NCBI GenBank assembly: GCA_048013815.1
Contig: CM106586.1
Location: 16,430,001-16,494,000, forward strand
Source of the DNA: Setoptus koraiensis
Taxonomy: Eukaryota > Animalia > Arthropoda
Length of the DNA: 64,000 nt
Direction: 5' to 3'
The translations under genes and the position numbers were made by a program. Shown in pieces: positions 1 through 13,454 of this stretch (positions are counted from its first letter, which is position 1; each line of letters starts with the position of its first letter). The notes under the pieces are model-generated. The model was not told the origin of the DNA. It saw only the letters and a list, made by a program, of their open reading frames with translations, and searched no databases.

Positions 1-358
1 CACTGTTGCTGCGGTTGTTGCTGCTGCGGTTGTTGCTGCTGCGGTTGCTGCCATTCTTGTTGGGGATCTTGTGGCTGCTGTTGTGGTTGTTGTTGCTGCG
101 GTTGTTGCCATTCTTGTTGGGGATCTTGTGGGTGCTGTTGTGGTTGTTGTTGTTGCGGTTGCGGTTGCTGCCACTGTTGCTGCTGTTGTTGTGGTTGTTG
201 CTGCTGCGGTGGTTGCTGTCTGGGTGCTTTGATCGCCGATGGAGAGCCTTTCTTTTGCTGGCCTGGGGCACTTCTCGTCCCTCTCTTCTGGCAAGGAGAG
301 TTGTTTTTGATGGCCATTGGCCAGTTGCACACGCTAACAGATTCATCGAATTCGAGAC
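1..358 (-). CDS. Chitin-binding (CBM14) protein, exon 2: end of domain plus Gln/Pro-rich repeat tail; open past the left edge
   Basis: After acceptor ...aaccatcag| (AG at 360-359) the frame reads (G)LEFDESVSVCNWPMAIKNNSPCQ...WQQPQPQQQQPQQHPQDPQQEWQQP... with no stop to position 1. Phase 1 matches exon 1. The + strand Leu-rich ORF 6..362 is its shadow. Confidence 0.9.
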
Positions 359-629
359 CTGATGGTTTTTTTTTTTCATAGAGAGAGAGGGAGTTAGATG
401 AGATAGCCAAGCAACGAATAAGTCGATATTAGGGCCAGTGATCAAAAAAATAGACGACAACTAGCGATGACCATGGAGCGACGACTGAGTGAGAGTATTT
501 CGAGACAGGTTTGATGGAACAGCGTCTCAGATTGTGAATGTCACATGCCAACGTTCTTACATTCGAATGTTTGTTAGTTCGTAACGGAATATGTTGGCCG
601 CATGATTGCGTATCGAGATCATTACTTAC

Positions 630-819
630 CTCCTGGACATGAGAAATGGAACGGGTGGAAATTGCCATTTTGCCATTGGTCGACGCACCGATAAAACTTT
701 GAACAATCGGCCGGGTCAACGTGAAAGCCTTCTGATTCACATTGATATGCCGCTAGCGCGTACTGATGGCCAACTAATATGACAAGTGTCACAGAAGTTA
801 GTAGCTCAAACAGCATCAT
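630..819 (-). CDS. Chitin-binding (CBM14/peritrophin-A) secreted protein, exon 1
   Basis: MMLFELLTSVTLVILVGHQYALA signal peptide, then CESEGFHVDPADCSKFYRC...FSCPG, donor GAG|gtaagt at 629. With exon 2 this gives the full six-Cys pattern. Intron 359-629. Confidence 0.9.
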
Positions 820-3798
820 CGTAGTTGATATTGTAGTGCCTGTTTTTGTCGGACTAAATTAACGTCCGTCAATACAGTAAATGATGACCACTGGAGTTTG
901 TTTAAATCGATAGCTAGCTGAATGATGTTGCCACTTCAACTTTCACTACTTGAATTTGCAATGATTGTGATGTTGTTACTGTGGAGTTGTCGTTAAATGA
1001 CCGATTGATTGCTAGGCTCATTGAGTTGTTGATTGTTTATTTTTCTAACGTGTTTCGTGATTGCACTCATTCATTATGTGAAAAAATAAGTTTGTTCATA
1101 AAAGTTTTTTGCCGATTAGCAAACTTTTCATCGCCGAATATCATCGCCAGCGAATTAGTGAACTATTGAACAATTAGTTTTTGTTCGACTAGTTATTTAA
1201 ACTCATTTCAACCAGAAAAATGTTTCGCTCGCAACAAGTGACTCAGTGGACACAGGGGGAGGGGTTTTGTTTGTTGGTGATGTAAGTATATGTGATACCG
1301 CAGCGAGTAGCTTTTGCAACGAGGCACAATCAAGTACGAAATCCACCTAAAAGACAGAGAGGATTTCGTTGACTTTCAACTGTTAACATTGTTATATAAA
1401 ATGCAGCACCAAAATTAATTTATTCATAGATCAAAAAACAACAACAATCATACACTCACATATATATTTAATATATTTATATGAGTGACTGGAGTTTATT
1501 GTGGCGCTACGTGATATAATAACCTCAGCGGCGCAAACAATCAAGCAATCTCCGTGGTTCTATCGTCATATATCGCCACGGCGATGGGTTATGTCTCTGA
1601 CAGCAGCAATAAGAGATGAGGAGATAAAGGGAACTCGCGATATATTTGCATGCTATTTTGCATGTCGGGATATGTCGATTCGTCTTGCATGCTCATTATC
1701 GACTGACTGTATTGATTTCTTGGAAAGAGTGAGGGGGGGGGGCGTGTGATTGGTGGTGCTTTGAAATAGACGATTCACCTGTGCGTGTGAGTGTGTGTGT
1801 GTGTGTGTGCTCACTCGTTAGCTCGTGATCCGACGAAATCTTGACACGTCTTCCATTCTTTATTCGGTGGTTCCATTGATGGTAGACGAAAACAACCGCC
1901 AATAAGACAAAGACACCACCATTGATAGTTACAGCGAAAGGCAGTTCCCTTTCTCTTTATCAATGTAACATTCGGTGCGACTTTGTGAGGCAACTATAAA
2001 AACAACAGGTAGTCAAAAGGGTTCACGCAGGCGAACTAGCCGCCTTCTTAGTAGGTGATGGATGATGATTTTTGATTAATTAATAGCTGTTGGCTGTGGC
2101 AAATAAAATGAAATAAAATGAAAAAAAAACTATAGAGTCTGAGTCTTTGTTTTTGTTCGTGTGTGTGTGTGTTGCGTTATTGTGTCATCCCTCATGATAC
2201 TGGCGAGGTTGTTGTTATTAAACACATTATGAAACAGTATTAAATGATAATGGCGAAGCCTTTCCTGTTCCGATGCCTGGCGTATCGTTGCCGATTACAA
2301 CACACCAACTAACATTGTTGATTGTGGTTTATATAATGCACGCATAAGTCATACTTATTATTGAATCTATTAAATGTTATTTGCATGTTTATCAATCTTA
2401 TCTCCTGCAATATCACCACAACAACAATCTTGGCGATCACTGCGATGTGTGTGTGTGTGTGTGTGTGCTGTATGTGATATCGGTTCGTTCCAGTTCGTTA
2501 AATCAATAAAAAGGCTTGAATCTATTTCTTTTCGTGTGATCGCCCAATGAAGCCGCAGGAAGTCTGTCTGTTTGATCAGGCAATTTATCAGCAGCAGCCG
2601 CCGAGGACAACAGTTTATAAAGTCTTGTGAAAGTTTTAAAGCTCGCGTTGTTTGTGGTTACAATTGTGGTTTCACTAGCGGGGGAGTTCATGAAACAACA
2701 GCAACAGCCTATTAGTGCAGTGGCTCATTCAAAGTGAGCTTCGCTGAACGCACACACTCACCACTTGATTGACGGGCAATAATTGATGATTGGCTGGTTG
2801 TTAGCGACGACTCAACAGGTCGCTTCTGAGGGCGCCTTTATTAGTCAGATTGGGAAAATATGCATACATTACTCATCGTGTCAAACACTGTCTAAAATAC
2901 CTGATATATTAATACTATCCGCTCACCAATGGTATTGGGAGACAAGAGGTGTTGTAATGTAGGTGTCAGATTTACGACAAGGGATCATAATAAACACATA
3001 GACAGCAGCGACAGCAGCAGCAAATTATAATGCCAGCAATTAATAACTTCAGTTCCGATTACTATTCTAATCAAATTATTGTTAGCAGGGCTGTACGCTT
3101 ACACACTAAGGCATTTCTTCGAGAGAAGATCTTTTCATTCAATTATGATAGTGTGGTCTTTTGGTGGCTTTTGAGGCGCGTTTTGTCGAAAATCTGCATA
3201 CACCAAGTCGCGTTGCCGTGGATGGAGCCGCGATGGAGAACCTTTTCGAGTTGCAACAGCAGCACGAATATCTATTCAAGTAACACTCGAAAGACCATGA
3301 GGAGAATTTACTCTGTCTATGAGTCTGTCTAAATTGAAATTTGGTTTTATTATCATTTTTGGTGCTGACACACGAGTGAAATACTAAACACATCTAATTA
3401 TTATATGATACTTGGTGATGTATTACATTATTCACGCTAATTGCTGCAGTCGCGACTGGATTCCTGCTGCTAAATTAAGCGGGCGATCTTTATCGTGGGC
3501 AAACACCATCAATTGTCTCCTTACTACTCTGTTGATATTAAAATACTATTAATCAACGGCAGCAGCAGCAACAACAACAACAACAATAGAACAGATGAAT
3601 TAATACAATTAAATACAATTTAATTATAGGTTGGCACCCTTTGAATCAGTACACACTCCATCAGTCGACACTTCTCACACAGCCACTCGACTGCTCTTGG
3701 GTGCTGATTGGAGTCAAGCGCCTTCGATAGAATAACACACCTTGACCTTGCGTATTGAACAAAAAGAAAGATTATTTTATTATTATTCGATCGGCGGC

Positions 3799-5052
3799 TT
3801 AATCCATTTGTAGTAATAAGTTGGCAGCTAACTGTTCGTCTTTATTACATGCCATGTAGGCCTGCACAACTAGATATTCGGGAAATCCTAAACTTTTGAG
3901 CCGTTCAATGGCTTCCTTGTCCTGTTGTGTGGCACCAACAATAACATCCTCTACCCTACCACCACCTTGGCCATCTCTACGACCCGCTGCTCCTTGTTGT
4001 TGATTCGGTAATCTGGGTATCTCACTTCCAGGTCGGGACATGTGCTCGTCTACTTGTTCGTCAAGTGCCTCGATAAATATAGCAGGATTTTGTGAAACAA
4101 TATTGTATAATTCTGGATTCGTCGTTGCTAAGGCTTCAATGGTGGAATTTAATAAGTGTGGATTTTGGGCAATCAATTGTCTCATTTGTCTTAATTGTGG
4201 TTGATCTCTTATTGCGTCCAAGGGATTACTGAACATAGACAAAACTCCATCATCGGCGCGTCGTTCGTCTGACGAGCGTGAGTCCATTGATTCGCTGGCG
4301 CCCGATTCGGCTGTGCCGGCCAGGCGATTTTGTCTAGGTTGTCTAGTCCTTGCACTGCCGCCCATTTGATCTTGGGGCTGGTGCTGTTGCTGTTCAATCT
4401 GAGGAATGCCTCCAATGAGATACTCAACAGCACGTTCAGGGTTATTGAAGCTAGCACGTAGAGCCAATTCAACCTGTTCAGTGGGATAGCCCATGTCGGC
4501 GATTTGTCTCACCTTACGTTGATATTCTTCGCCGGTGACCAGTGTGGCCTCGGCTTGGGCAACTCCAGTGGCGGCAGCGGCGGCCGGCGGTGTAGAACCA
4601 GAACCCGTTTTTGCAGCAGTGGCGCCAGCAGCGGATTGAGTTGACGCGGGAGATTGAGAGGTGCCCGAGGGATTTGTGGTGGTCGTGGAAGAAGTGGTAG
4701 TAGATTGTGACGAGGCCTTATCATCATCATGTTGTTTAGTAGAGGCCGATTGTTTGTTGTCGCTACTGCTCTTGCTTGCGGTGTCCTTGACCACAACGGG
4801 GGCCGGCTGTTTGGGCGGCGCTGGGGGCCGGGTGATCATTAATACGACAAATTTCTTTTCGTCTATATCATAATCAGACAATTTGTTATCATCATTAAGT
4901 ATCTTCCCGGAGTAGATAAGCTTCTGTGACTCAATACTATATTCTTTAGCATTCTCATTCTCTATTTGTTTCTTAAGATCTTTCACCTGTTTACTGGGGT
5001 CGATGTCGATCTTTAGTGTCTTCTGTTGGAGAGTCTTCAATGTGATAATCAT
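3799..5052 (-). CDS. RAD23: UV excision repair / ubiquitin shuttle protein RAD23, intronless, 417 aa
   Basis: N-terminal UBL ([12 protein letters not shown]...[10 protein letters not shown]), UBA1 (MGYP...[16 protein letters not shown]), XPC-binding region ([11 protein letters not shown]...L), C-terminal UBA2 ([13 protein letters not shown]...[17 protein letters not shown]). Confidence 0.98.
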   Translation of the reverse strand: MIITLKTLQQKTLKIDIDPSKQVKDLKKQIENENAKEYSIESQKLIYSGKILNDDNKLSDYDIDEKKFVVLMITRPPAPPKQPAPVVVKDTASKSSSDNKQSASTKQHDDDKASSQSTTTSSTTTTNPSGTSQSPASTQSAAGATAAKTGSGSTPPAAAAATGVAQAEATLVTGEEYQRKVRQIADMGYPTEQVELALRASFNNPERAVEYLIGGIPQIEQQQHQPQDQMGGSARTRQPRQNRLAGTAESGASESMDSRSSDERRADDGVLSMFSNPLDAIRDQPQLRQMRQLIAQNPHLLNSTIEALATTNPELYNIVSQNPAIFIEALDEQVDEHMSRPGSEIPRLPNQQQGAAGRRDGQGGGRVEDVIVGATQQDKEAIERLKSLGFPEYLVVQAYMACNKDEQLAANLLLQMD

Positions 5053-5362
5053 GTTGAATTAGTATAAGTGTGTGGTGATGAAACCAACCGAAACAGCCAG
5101 ACACTAGTAGTATATTTGAACCTGTTCCTCGTGACTATCGCCCCAATCTTTCAGTGTTGTACTGCTGAGCGGATAAAATAATATAATTATAATAATAATA
5201 TAATATAAAATAATAATTAAACCGACGACGATATATATAATAATAATGTTGCTATTGTGTATCTCTAGTAATATTTAGAGGGCAATAACAGTATATTACT
5301 GTTATCATACACTCGCGTTCACAACCATATTCGTCACTTTCTAAAATGACTCAAAAGTGAAT

Positions 5363-5385
5363 GCGCGAAATCCATTGGCGCCAAA
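5363..5385. promoter_or_regulatory. Two E2F-type sites upstream of RAD23
   Basis: GCGCGAAA (5363-5370) and GCGCCAAA (5378-5385) match TTTSSCGC on the RAD23 strand, about 310 bp upstream of the ATG. Motif match only. Confidence 0.4.
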
Positions 5386-8300
5386 TTTGAGACTGAAAGT
5401 TTTTTGAAAAATGTAATCATCGTGAGCCATTATGTTAGAGCCGATCAGTAACTGTAATCAGATCGGTTGATTGTCTTTATCCATGTCAGTTGCATTGTGC
5501 CTATTTGAGGCCTATTTGAGGCCAATATTGTGATCGGGACGTTTGATTCCACACTAAGTGGGTAGTTCTTGGTACCAAGTATTGATAGATATTTTACAGA
5601 TTATCAGGTGTGCCGATGCTTTTAGTGATTTTAACCTAATCTCAGGTGGGCTATCTAGGTTGTTGACGGAGTTCCACAAATATTGCATACATCCATCGAA
5701 TTTTCAGAAATTTCGTCAGAAATTTTCTTTAAAAGTTCTAATCTAGAACTATAGCATGTCTGAATAAATCCGGAGGCCAATCCGAACACAGTAGATTGTT
5801 GGTTTGATCATCTGAAGAAAAACACTCGACTCGTGTCGTTTTATTCCCAATAAGAGCTAGTTCTGTTAGTTGATATCGGTTGGTTATCTAGTTTTCTTTT
5901 GTGTCTATCTGGAATCCATCGCGACTTGTTTGTCAGCTCTCAGGTGGCGTCTCAGTCGCGCGGGCCCTTTTGGGGCCCCTCTCTCTCCATTAGTAGTGGA
6001 GCCACCAGTCGAATGAGGTAACTCGCATAACGCTGATTCGACGGGAATCCGCTTGCAGTCCGCATGCGCCCAATCATGCGTAATGTTGTGTCAGAAAGGA
6101 AATGCGATGCTGGCGCCGGTTGGACTTATTGGAATCATCATAGAGGCATCATTTAATTGTGCTTGAGACAGTTTAGATGAGGACGCTTTTATCGTTTGAA
6201 GCGGTCGACGTAAATGACGCCCAGAGAAATTAAAGGCCTGCGACAAGCCAATCTACAGAAGATGCCAATCACACATCATCAAAATTGCGACACATCAGTG
6301 AAAATGTTGACCACTCATTGAAACACTGTTGAAAGTACAACCTCAGCGTGCTGAAATCTGTCAGAATTGCGAGACTGAAATTCCAACAAACAAGCATCAA
6401 TTTTGCTCATAGTGGGCACTGAAATCAAATTGAGCAGCAACAATCAACGAACTGGCAGTGGGCCCTCTAAAAGAATCAATCGCCGAAACAAATTGAAAAG
6501 CAAATTCAAACAAAAGCAACAAGAATTCAACAATTAGAAGCAGTGTCAGCAGCTAGATTCGACACAAGTTGTGCCCCACTTATCAGGTAAGTCGCCCCGA
6601 ACTAGAACTAGTCTACTTCCGGTTGCGCATCGCGCGCGCTCTCTCATTGGTTCATGGCCCATATGCCAATGCATAATTTTGTTTGGCCAGCTTTGTGGGT
6701 TAGCTCCCACACCATTTGTCGTCGCGCGTAGTCGTGTCACACTGGTTTACTTGTTGTCGGGCTATTTGCGTTAGCAGGTTGGCAGGTGAATTGTTTGGTT
6801 GCATGCCAAGGTTGCCAACTTGGGGCGAACAAGAGGAAGGAGATGACAATATTTACAGCGTGTGAGAAACACGAGAATAACAATGGAACAGGCGAGTATT
6901 TGGCCGTGCTGAATGGGTGGGTGGCATTCATTTGGGGCCAATGTCTAGTGTCGTGGCCGGTCGCAACTACTCAAACCTGTCATGCATGACAAGTTGCATA
7001 ACAATATTTTAATTTAATATTCCATACGTCGCCCCTGTCCGAGCGCCACTCGCACACACACACGCACACGCACAACTAGCGGCTTTGATACTTTTGTCGG
7101 ACTTGGTTTGGTGCGGCTTGTGCCGCTGGCTCGCTGGCAGTTGTCAGCGATTCGCGACTATTCGCGACGAATCGTTGCTCAATTTAGCTGATGGCCGTCG
7201 GATTCTGATACATCGGCACTTTTTTCTTTTCTCTCACTTTTTCGCCATTTTAGTGTGCCCTTTTCATTTTTACCAATTTCACAAATTTGGCCCAATGGAA
7301 GAAAATTGGCAAAATTGCATCTGCTGCGTGCCCTAATGCAGCTACGTGTAGCGCGACATCGGCACGTAGCCGTTGGTGGTCACTGGTGGTCAGCATGCGC
7401 TCAACAATGGCCGACGGACGATCGCTTTGTTGGCTGGACTGGCTATTGTGATGGCTGGCAGTTGCTCGGAATAATTCCATCGTGATTAGATTGGTCGTTG
7501 TGTCATGAAATGAAAAAGAACAGACACACGACGACAGAGCGGTATTCAGAGCGGGCCGGATTCTATTGGCCGGCCGGCCGGCTGGCTGCACAAATCCAGT
7601 TTCGCTTTGGTTTTGCCGCGGCCCGCAACAGCCGGGCCCGGTGGTGAAAAACTCAAACTTAAACTGATTCAATAATATGTAAATCAGCAAGTCAGTCATT
7701 CTTCTCTGCGCATTTGCATCAAACTTGCTCGCGATTGATCCAAGCGAGTCAAGAGCGGCCTCCACTCGAGTCTCGAGTGTCGAGAGCGCCACTCGCGGCT
7801 CGCGCTGACCAGGCGCCCCGGAACACGCCGAGAGCCGGGCGCACATTGCTGGCCGCGGCATGTAGGCGGCCGCCAGACAGTGCGCACGTTGATGATACGC
7901 GCGTTTCATCGGAAATCACTATGAATATTCAAATTGGAACCAACCGGCAAGACATGCGCTGTACATGGGCTATATATGGCAACAACATGGCCGCTGTAAA
8001 GCGACATGGGGCAATTTATAGCTATACACATAATATACACATTTATACATGTATGTTTTTATCTATATGCGCGGCGCAATATTTAAGCGGGCCGCTCAAT
8101 GGAGCGTTAATTGATTTAATCATGAGTGGATCTCGTCCATTCATGAACAAAATAATGATCAAAACGGGCGCGCATTACGCAACGGGTACCAACTAGCGCC
8201 AGAGCCATTGTGATAACGATAATCGCTGGCTGTTTATTCAAATAAACAGCCAGCGGTTGGTGCGCCGGCCTCGGCACGCTGGTGCCGCCGGTGCCGCCGG

Positions 8301-11300
8301 TGCCGCCGATGCCGCTGGTGCCGGTGATGCGGCCCTGAAAACTCTGCTGCAACTCTGGGCGGCCGCCTCCGCTCGTTTTGCATAGGCGCCTCGTTTGATT
8401 GATTGCTTAAATTTGAGATTTTCGCGCCAATCTAACGAAGCAAAAAGCGGCCCCAACCAAAATAATACGCTCACCACCAACGGTTATAACGCGGATACTT
8501 TGGCTGGCGCTGGTTGGGCCGCGCCGGCTACCGAGTGGCGGCCCAACCGCCGAGCCTCGCTAACCAACAAAGCGACCGTTGGCGGTTAGTCGGCGGAGGT
8601 GCCGATCGGACGATCGTGTTGCTGTTGGCGTTTAAGCGTGATCACACAGATCGTATCCGCGTGAGTGATTGCGTCGGCCGCTTGCCGCCGAATTACACTG
8701 CAGCACTGTCACTTTGTAGCGCCAGGCGCGCCAACATTTGCCATTCATTTATTCCTCGTCATCCATTTATCTCTGTCTCTCTATATAAATCTGGGCCGGT
8801 TTCGCTCCGTCCGGCCCCCGAATTCACAATCCGAATCCTGCCAATTCTCCGCTCAGCACAACCCAAAGCCGTGCAGCTCAACGCTCAATCGGACAATTTC
8901 GAAATTCGCCACCGGACCCAGAGTCCTTATCAGGCTGATAGTATCAGCCAGACCATCTCGGCTGAGACTGTTTCGGCGAGACGGTGTCAGTGGCGCGCTG
9001 TCTGGCCGCTGTCGGACTGGCTGGGCGAGCCATAATCACGCCAAACAGCAGCCAGCCAGCCAGACAGCCAGACAGCTATATGTAGAAAATAAATATTGCC
9101 ATTGCTGATCGACTGGCCAGTTGGCGACAATTGTGGCGCCCACGCGATTTGTTTTCGATCTGGCTGAGTGGCTCATGACAGGCGCCAATCTTGCGGCCCT
9201 GACTACTTTTCGGGGCCGAACTTGCGCCACTGGCCTGTGACCCCGAGCCCACGGCGAGCAGGGCGCCCCGCGGCAAAAGAGGCCCCTCAGAGCCTCTGAG
9301 TCGGGGGTGACGAGAGTAGCCGAAACGCTCCCATTTATTTATGTCGTTGCTGTTGTCGTTGCTGTTGTTTGTGTGTTTGTCGACTCGCGGGCAAACAAAG
9401 TAATTATTTCGGTGGCGCACAAAACAAAAAAGTGTCACGTTAAATGGATGCCCATTAGTGTCAGTGGCATCATCACGTGTTTTAATTGCTCGTGCATCTC
9501 AACAACGTTTGGCGCACGTACACGCACGAAGCGGCACGCCAAACAAAAATCAGTGCAACAACGACAACCGTTTCATTATTATTACGCTGCTCAATGGAGT
9601 TGATTAGGCCGCGCGCATCAACCAGACATTAATTAGCAGCGTTATTATTAATGCCCCATAATTATATTAGCTGGCTTGGCGTTATTAGATTAAGTCAGTT
9701 CATGATCGAACTAAGCACTCACTCTGGCTGATGCTGCCTCTTTGCTTTTCCCTGCGCTCATAATCATGAATGATGTTGCCATTTCTTCATCCGGTTCATC
9801 AGTTCATCTTGCGCATATCCGGTGCCAATCAATGGCTCGAACGTGTCCAACTCGTTAACTTGCGCCGCAAAAAGTCTAAGTGACTCAGGTCGGCTACGCT
9901 TGCCGGCGCTCGCTGATCCTGTTAATCAGCTCGGCTCGCCACGCTTCGCCGGGGCGCAAGAAGCGCCCGAGCACAATTAACGGCAGCAGCGTGCGCCCGA
10001 GAAAGTGCCCAGGAGTCGATTATGAGATGATGCATTCACGCTACGCTGCCTATTCCAGGCTGCTTTGCTGTGTTTTGCTGTGTCTTGCTGCGTGCCGGCC
10101 ACAGTCTGGCCCGCCGCTCGAGTCGCGACCACGATCCCGCCAATGGGGCCTCATATTTCGGAGATGCCCACCAATCCTGGGGCCAATGGGGCCTCAAACA
10201 AATAACCGTTGGTTTGTGCGCTTGAAAAGCGTTTGCATTCGGTTGTGGATTCGTATTCGATATTCGCCACGTCCGACACTTCACATTGGTATGTTCACAA
10301 CCCGCGACGACCGCGAACTGATTTCTGAGCTGCAACTTGGACACACGCGCCTCTTTTCGCGGGCTAAAACAGTCGGTATTGATATGGATGCAATTGATGA
10401 AATGTTCATCGAAAACATTTTTATTTTCATTTTCGTGCTGCGAATTGCTGCGCTACTAGGCTCGATGTATCGATTGTCGCACGAAAAAGGGGGCGCGCAC
10501 TTCCGCAATCAACAATCTCGGCCCGAAAATGCGAGCTACACACGAGCTCTGTCAACTAATACGGCCCACACGGTTGTTCGTTGGACATCCGTTACGGGCA
10601 TGGATTTCGTTTTACCTGGCGCATTGGCCTGATAACCGTTGGCATCTCTATGCATCTACTACACATCCACTATGTCATGTAACTTACATGATGTAAGTTG
10701 ATACCACGCCAACTTGTGTTGTGCTCTCTATGCGGGTCATCGTTATCGACTCGATATCATCGAGCAAAAAAGTGCAAAAAAAAAGCAGACGTAACAAAGT
10801 TAAACACTGTGCCAACCAAGTAGCAATTGCATCACGAGTTCAGGTAACGGCTACACTGGTACACACAGGTAATGGCCACTTGCCCGAACAGTCCAGCACG
10901 ATAGCACTGGCCATTATACTCGCCACACTTGCCTGAGTTGAGCCTATCTAGAGCAACTTGAGTGTTGCGCAACCAAGTGACACACAGTCAAGAGCTCATC
11001 TTGCTGATTGCCATTGGCCGCCCGCGAACCCTGGCGTGCACAAACTGGGGCCAACACAACTTCCGGTGTTGTGTGCGCGCCAGTTTGTGCACGCCACAAC
11101 GTCCATTGATATGCGCACAGTTGGCTTGTATGATACACGATGTATCGTATGGGCACATTGGGGCCGCATACAAACATGCGCATATACATGCATGGATATT
11201 TCGGCATTAGATACCGTATTGATGCCAATGTTGACTTGTTCTTGGGGCTCCGATTCACTTCCTGCCGACGCTCGTCTCATTGTGGTCTTCGGTGACCCTG

Positions 11301-13350
11301 TCGTTACTGTGGCACGAGTGCCGTTGTAAAAGCGCCTCAGCACGCGTCTCTATGAGCCTCGAAATTGATATTTGACAGTCACTGGCTCACCTGATCGGCC
11401 GGCCAGTGATGCTTTGTCTACACAACAATGCGCAGTACTTGCCCTCCGTCAGTGTGTGTGTTTGTTCGGAATGCACGACGATAATCATTTGCATACTTGC
11501 GCGCTGTTTGCAGTCAGCGACAAGCGAGCCTCACTGGCCCCACAAAGGATTGAATTGCGACAAATCACGACATCGGACAACCGTTTCGTTGCGTTCGTCG
11601 CCGTCGTTGCGTCTTGTCAACATGAACAACAACAAGATGAACAACAACAACATGAACAACAACAACATGAACAACAACAGCAACGACAACAGCACCAAAT
11701 GTTGCCGCCGTGTCACAAGATGACCCGTAAAATGTCGCGCCAAATCACTAAGAAATGACCGCGTTATTTTCGCGTTATCTTCAAACTGCACAAACTAATC
11801 TCAGTCAGTCGCACGACGCTGGGGTTCACTTGGGCGACAAATGACGAGCTCACTCAAATAGACTCAATATTGTGCGCGAGATTGTGCCGCTCTTCTGCTC
11901 TATCATATACACGACTACGTACATACATAACGTTATTAGCATGTTATGTAATTCACAACAGTTGACAGTTTGTTAATTTCGGCCCAGTCGAGCTGCCAGG
12001 GCGCCAGGCCAGTCAGCAGCAGACAGTGAAACGGTTGACGACTTGCTTTGATCTGTGACACAACAAAAAGTGTCCCGCCAACAGTGACAAATCCTATTTG
12101 CCTATTTGCCTATTTGCCACTCAAACAGTTTGCATATTGTCTACGTCTCATACGATTGTCGAGCTTCTTGGGCGTCCCTGCTGCCAGCGCAAACAACGTG
12201 CGGCCCATTGGCCACTTGTGTCGCTGCTCACCTACTCACCGCTCACGTTACGACGACTTTGCCACCAAACGCTTGCCAGAATCCCGCACCAAATCACCAA
12301 AAAGTGCTGCGAAAAATCTCACAAAAAAGCGCTGAAAAAAGTGTTGGCGCCCCGCATCTAGTTTTTCATCTCACACGCGACACAGCGACACAGCGACACA
12401 GCGACACAGCGACTCAAGTGTAAAAAGTGCGCCCTCGTCGCCGGACAATCTGCATAAATTTTCGTGCTCGCTCGCTTGATCGGCGCCACACTGGCCGAAC
12501 GGTGCCGACTCGCCGCCTAATTCAATCGCATTTGAATGACACCCAATTTTGGCCGCATTTCGGTGATTCGCTCAAGTTGAGTGGTCAGAGAATTGCGCTC
12601 AAAACGGCATCGTTTGCACTCTCTTCAAGCTGACGAGCTGATCACCTCGGCGGTCATTACTCGATGAGTAATGATCCCGAGTCGAGTTACTCACTCACTA
12701 CTAAGTGTTACACTGTAAACTCGTGATACAAGCCAATCAAAACGAAATGCAACAACTGTCGCAATTTCGCCGTTAGTGCCTGCATCGGCTGATCGCCCGC
12801 GCGACCGTCAATGCGTTGAGACTGCGATGCCGACTTCAACAAGTAATCAGCGATAACTGACCGACAATCGGTGAGTTGTTATCGGCAAGTAATCGGTGAG
12901 CTGTTATTTTAGGATTATTTGTTTTAGTTGTTATTCCGGTGCGATATTCGCGCCGGACAAACCCTAAAACGCACGGTGCAAGCGTAAAACAGAGCCCACT
13001 CGGGCCGAATGGCGAGCCATTTCGTGGGCGTCTCTCAAGTTGAGAGTCTCAACAACTGACTTGTCTAGAATTGGTCGAGCTCATCGATCGATGCAATTCT
13101 AGACTCTTGCACCTAGAGGAACGACGAACAGGCTCGAGCAAACAGCGATTCGTCACTGCGATCGATGCTCGGCATCGACAGAGTGGGATTTTTGTGCATG
13201 AGGGCTCCATTCATGTCGTGGTTCATGGTGCCCGATTCGGGCTCTGCCAGCAACGGAGCGGTCGATGTGTCGCTCGCGCGGAGGCGCCCAAGTTGACAGA
13301 GCATCGTCGAAAAGCGAGAGCGGGGGGCCAAATAATTGAAGAGGCGCCGA

Positions 13351-13454
13351 CTGGCTCCATGTCGCTCGAGGTCGCTCGAGGTCGCTCGATGTGGCTCCAT
13401 GTCGCTCCATGTCGCCCCATGTCGCCCCATGTCGCTCCATGTCGCTCCATGTCG
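13351..13454. repeat. 10-bp tandem array (gtcgctccat), about 10 copies
   Basis: Read directly; source of the HGATWSDME shadow ORFs. Confidence 0.9.

Noticed and set aside
6-362. Leu-rich 118-aa + strand ORF resembling a multi-pass membrane protein
   Set aside because: It is the codon-for-codon antisense of the Gln/Pro exon of the CBM14 gene.
5877-5893. ttggttatctag, resembling miR-9
   Set aside because: Only 12 nt match, the seed is broken at the 5' end, and there is no convincing hairpin or star arm.
7250-7909. 219-aa minus-strand ORF; also 9880-10632 (+), 13113-13290 (-), 15159-15458 (+), 23555-24178 (+) and 24815-25561 (-)
   Set aside because: No family motifs or convincing exon chains; long spurious ORFs are expected in this GC-richer, repeat-laden DNA.
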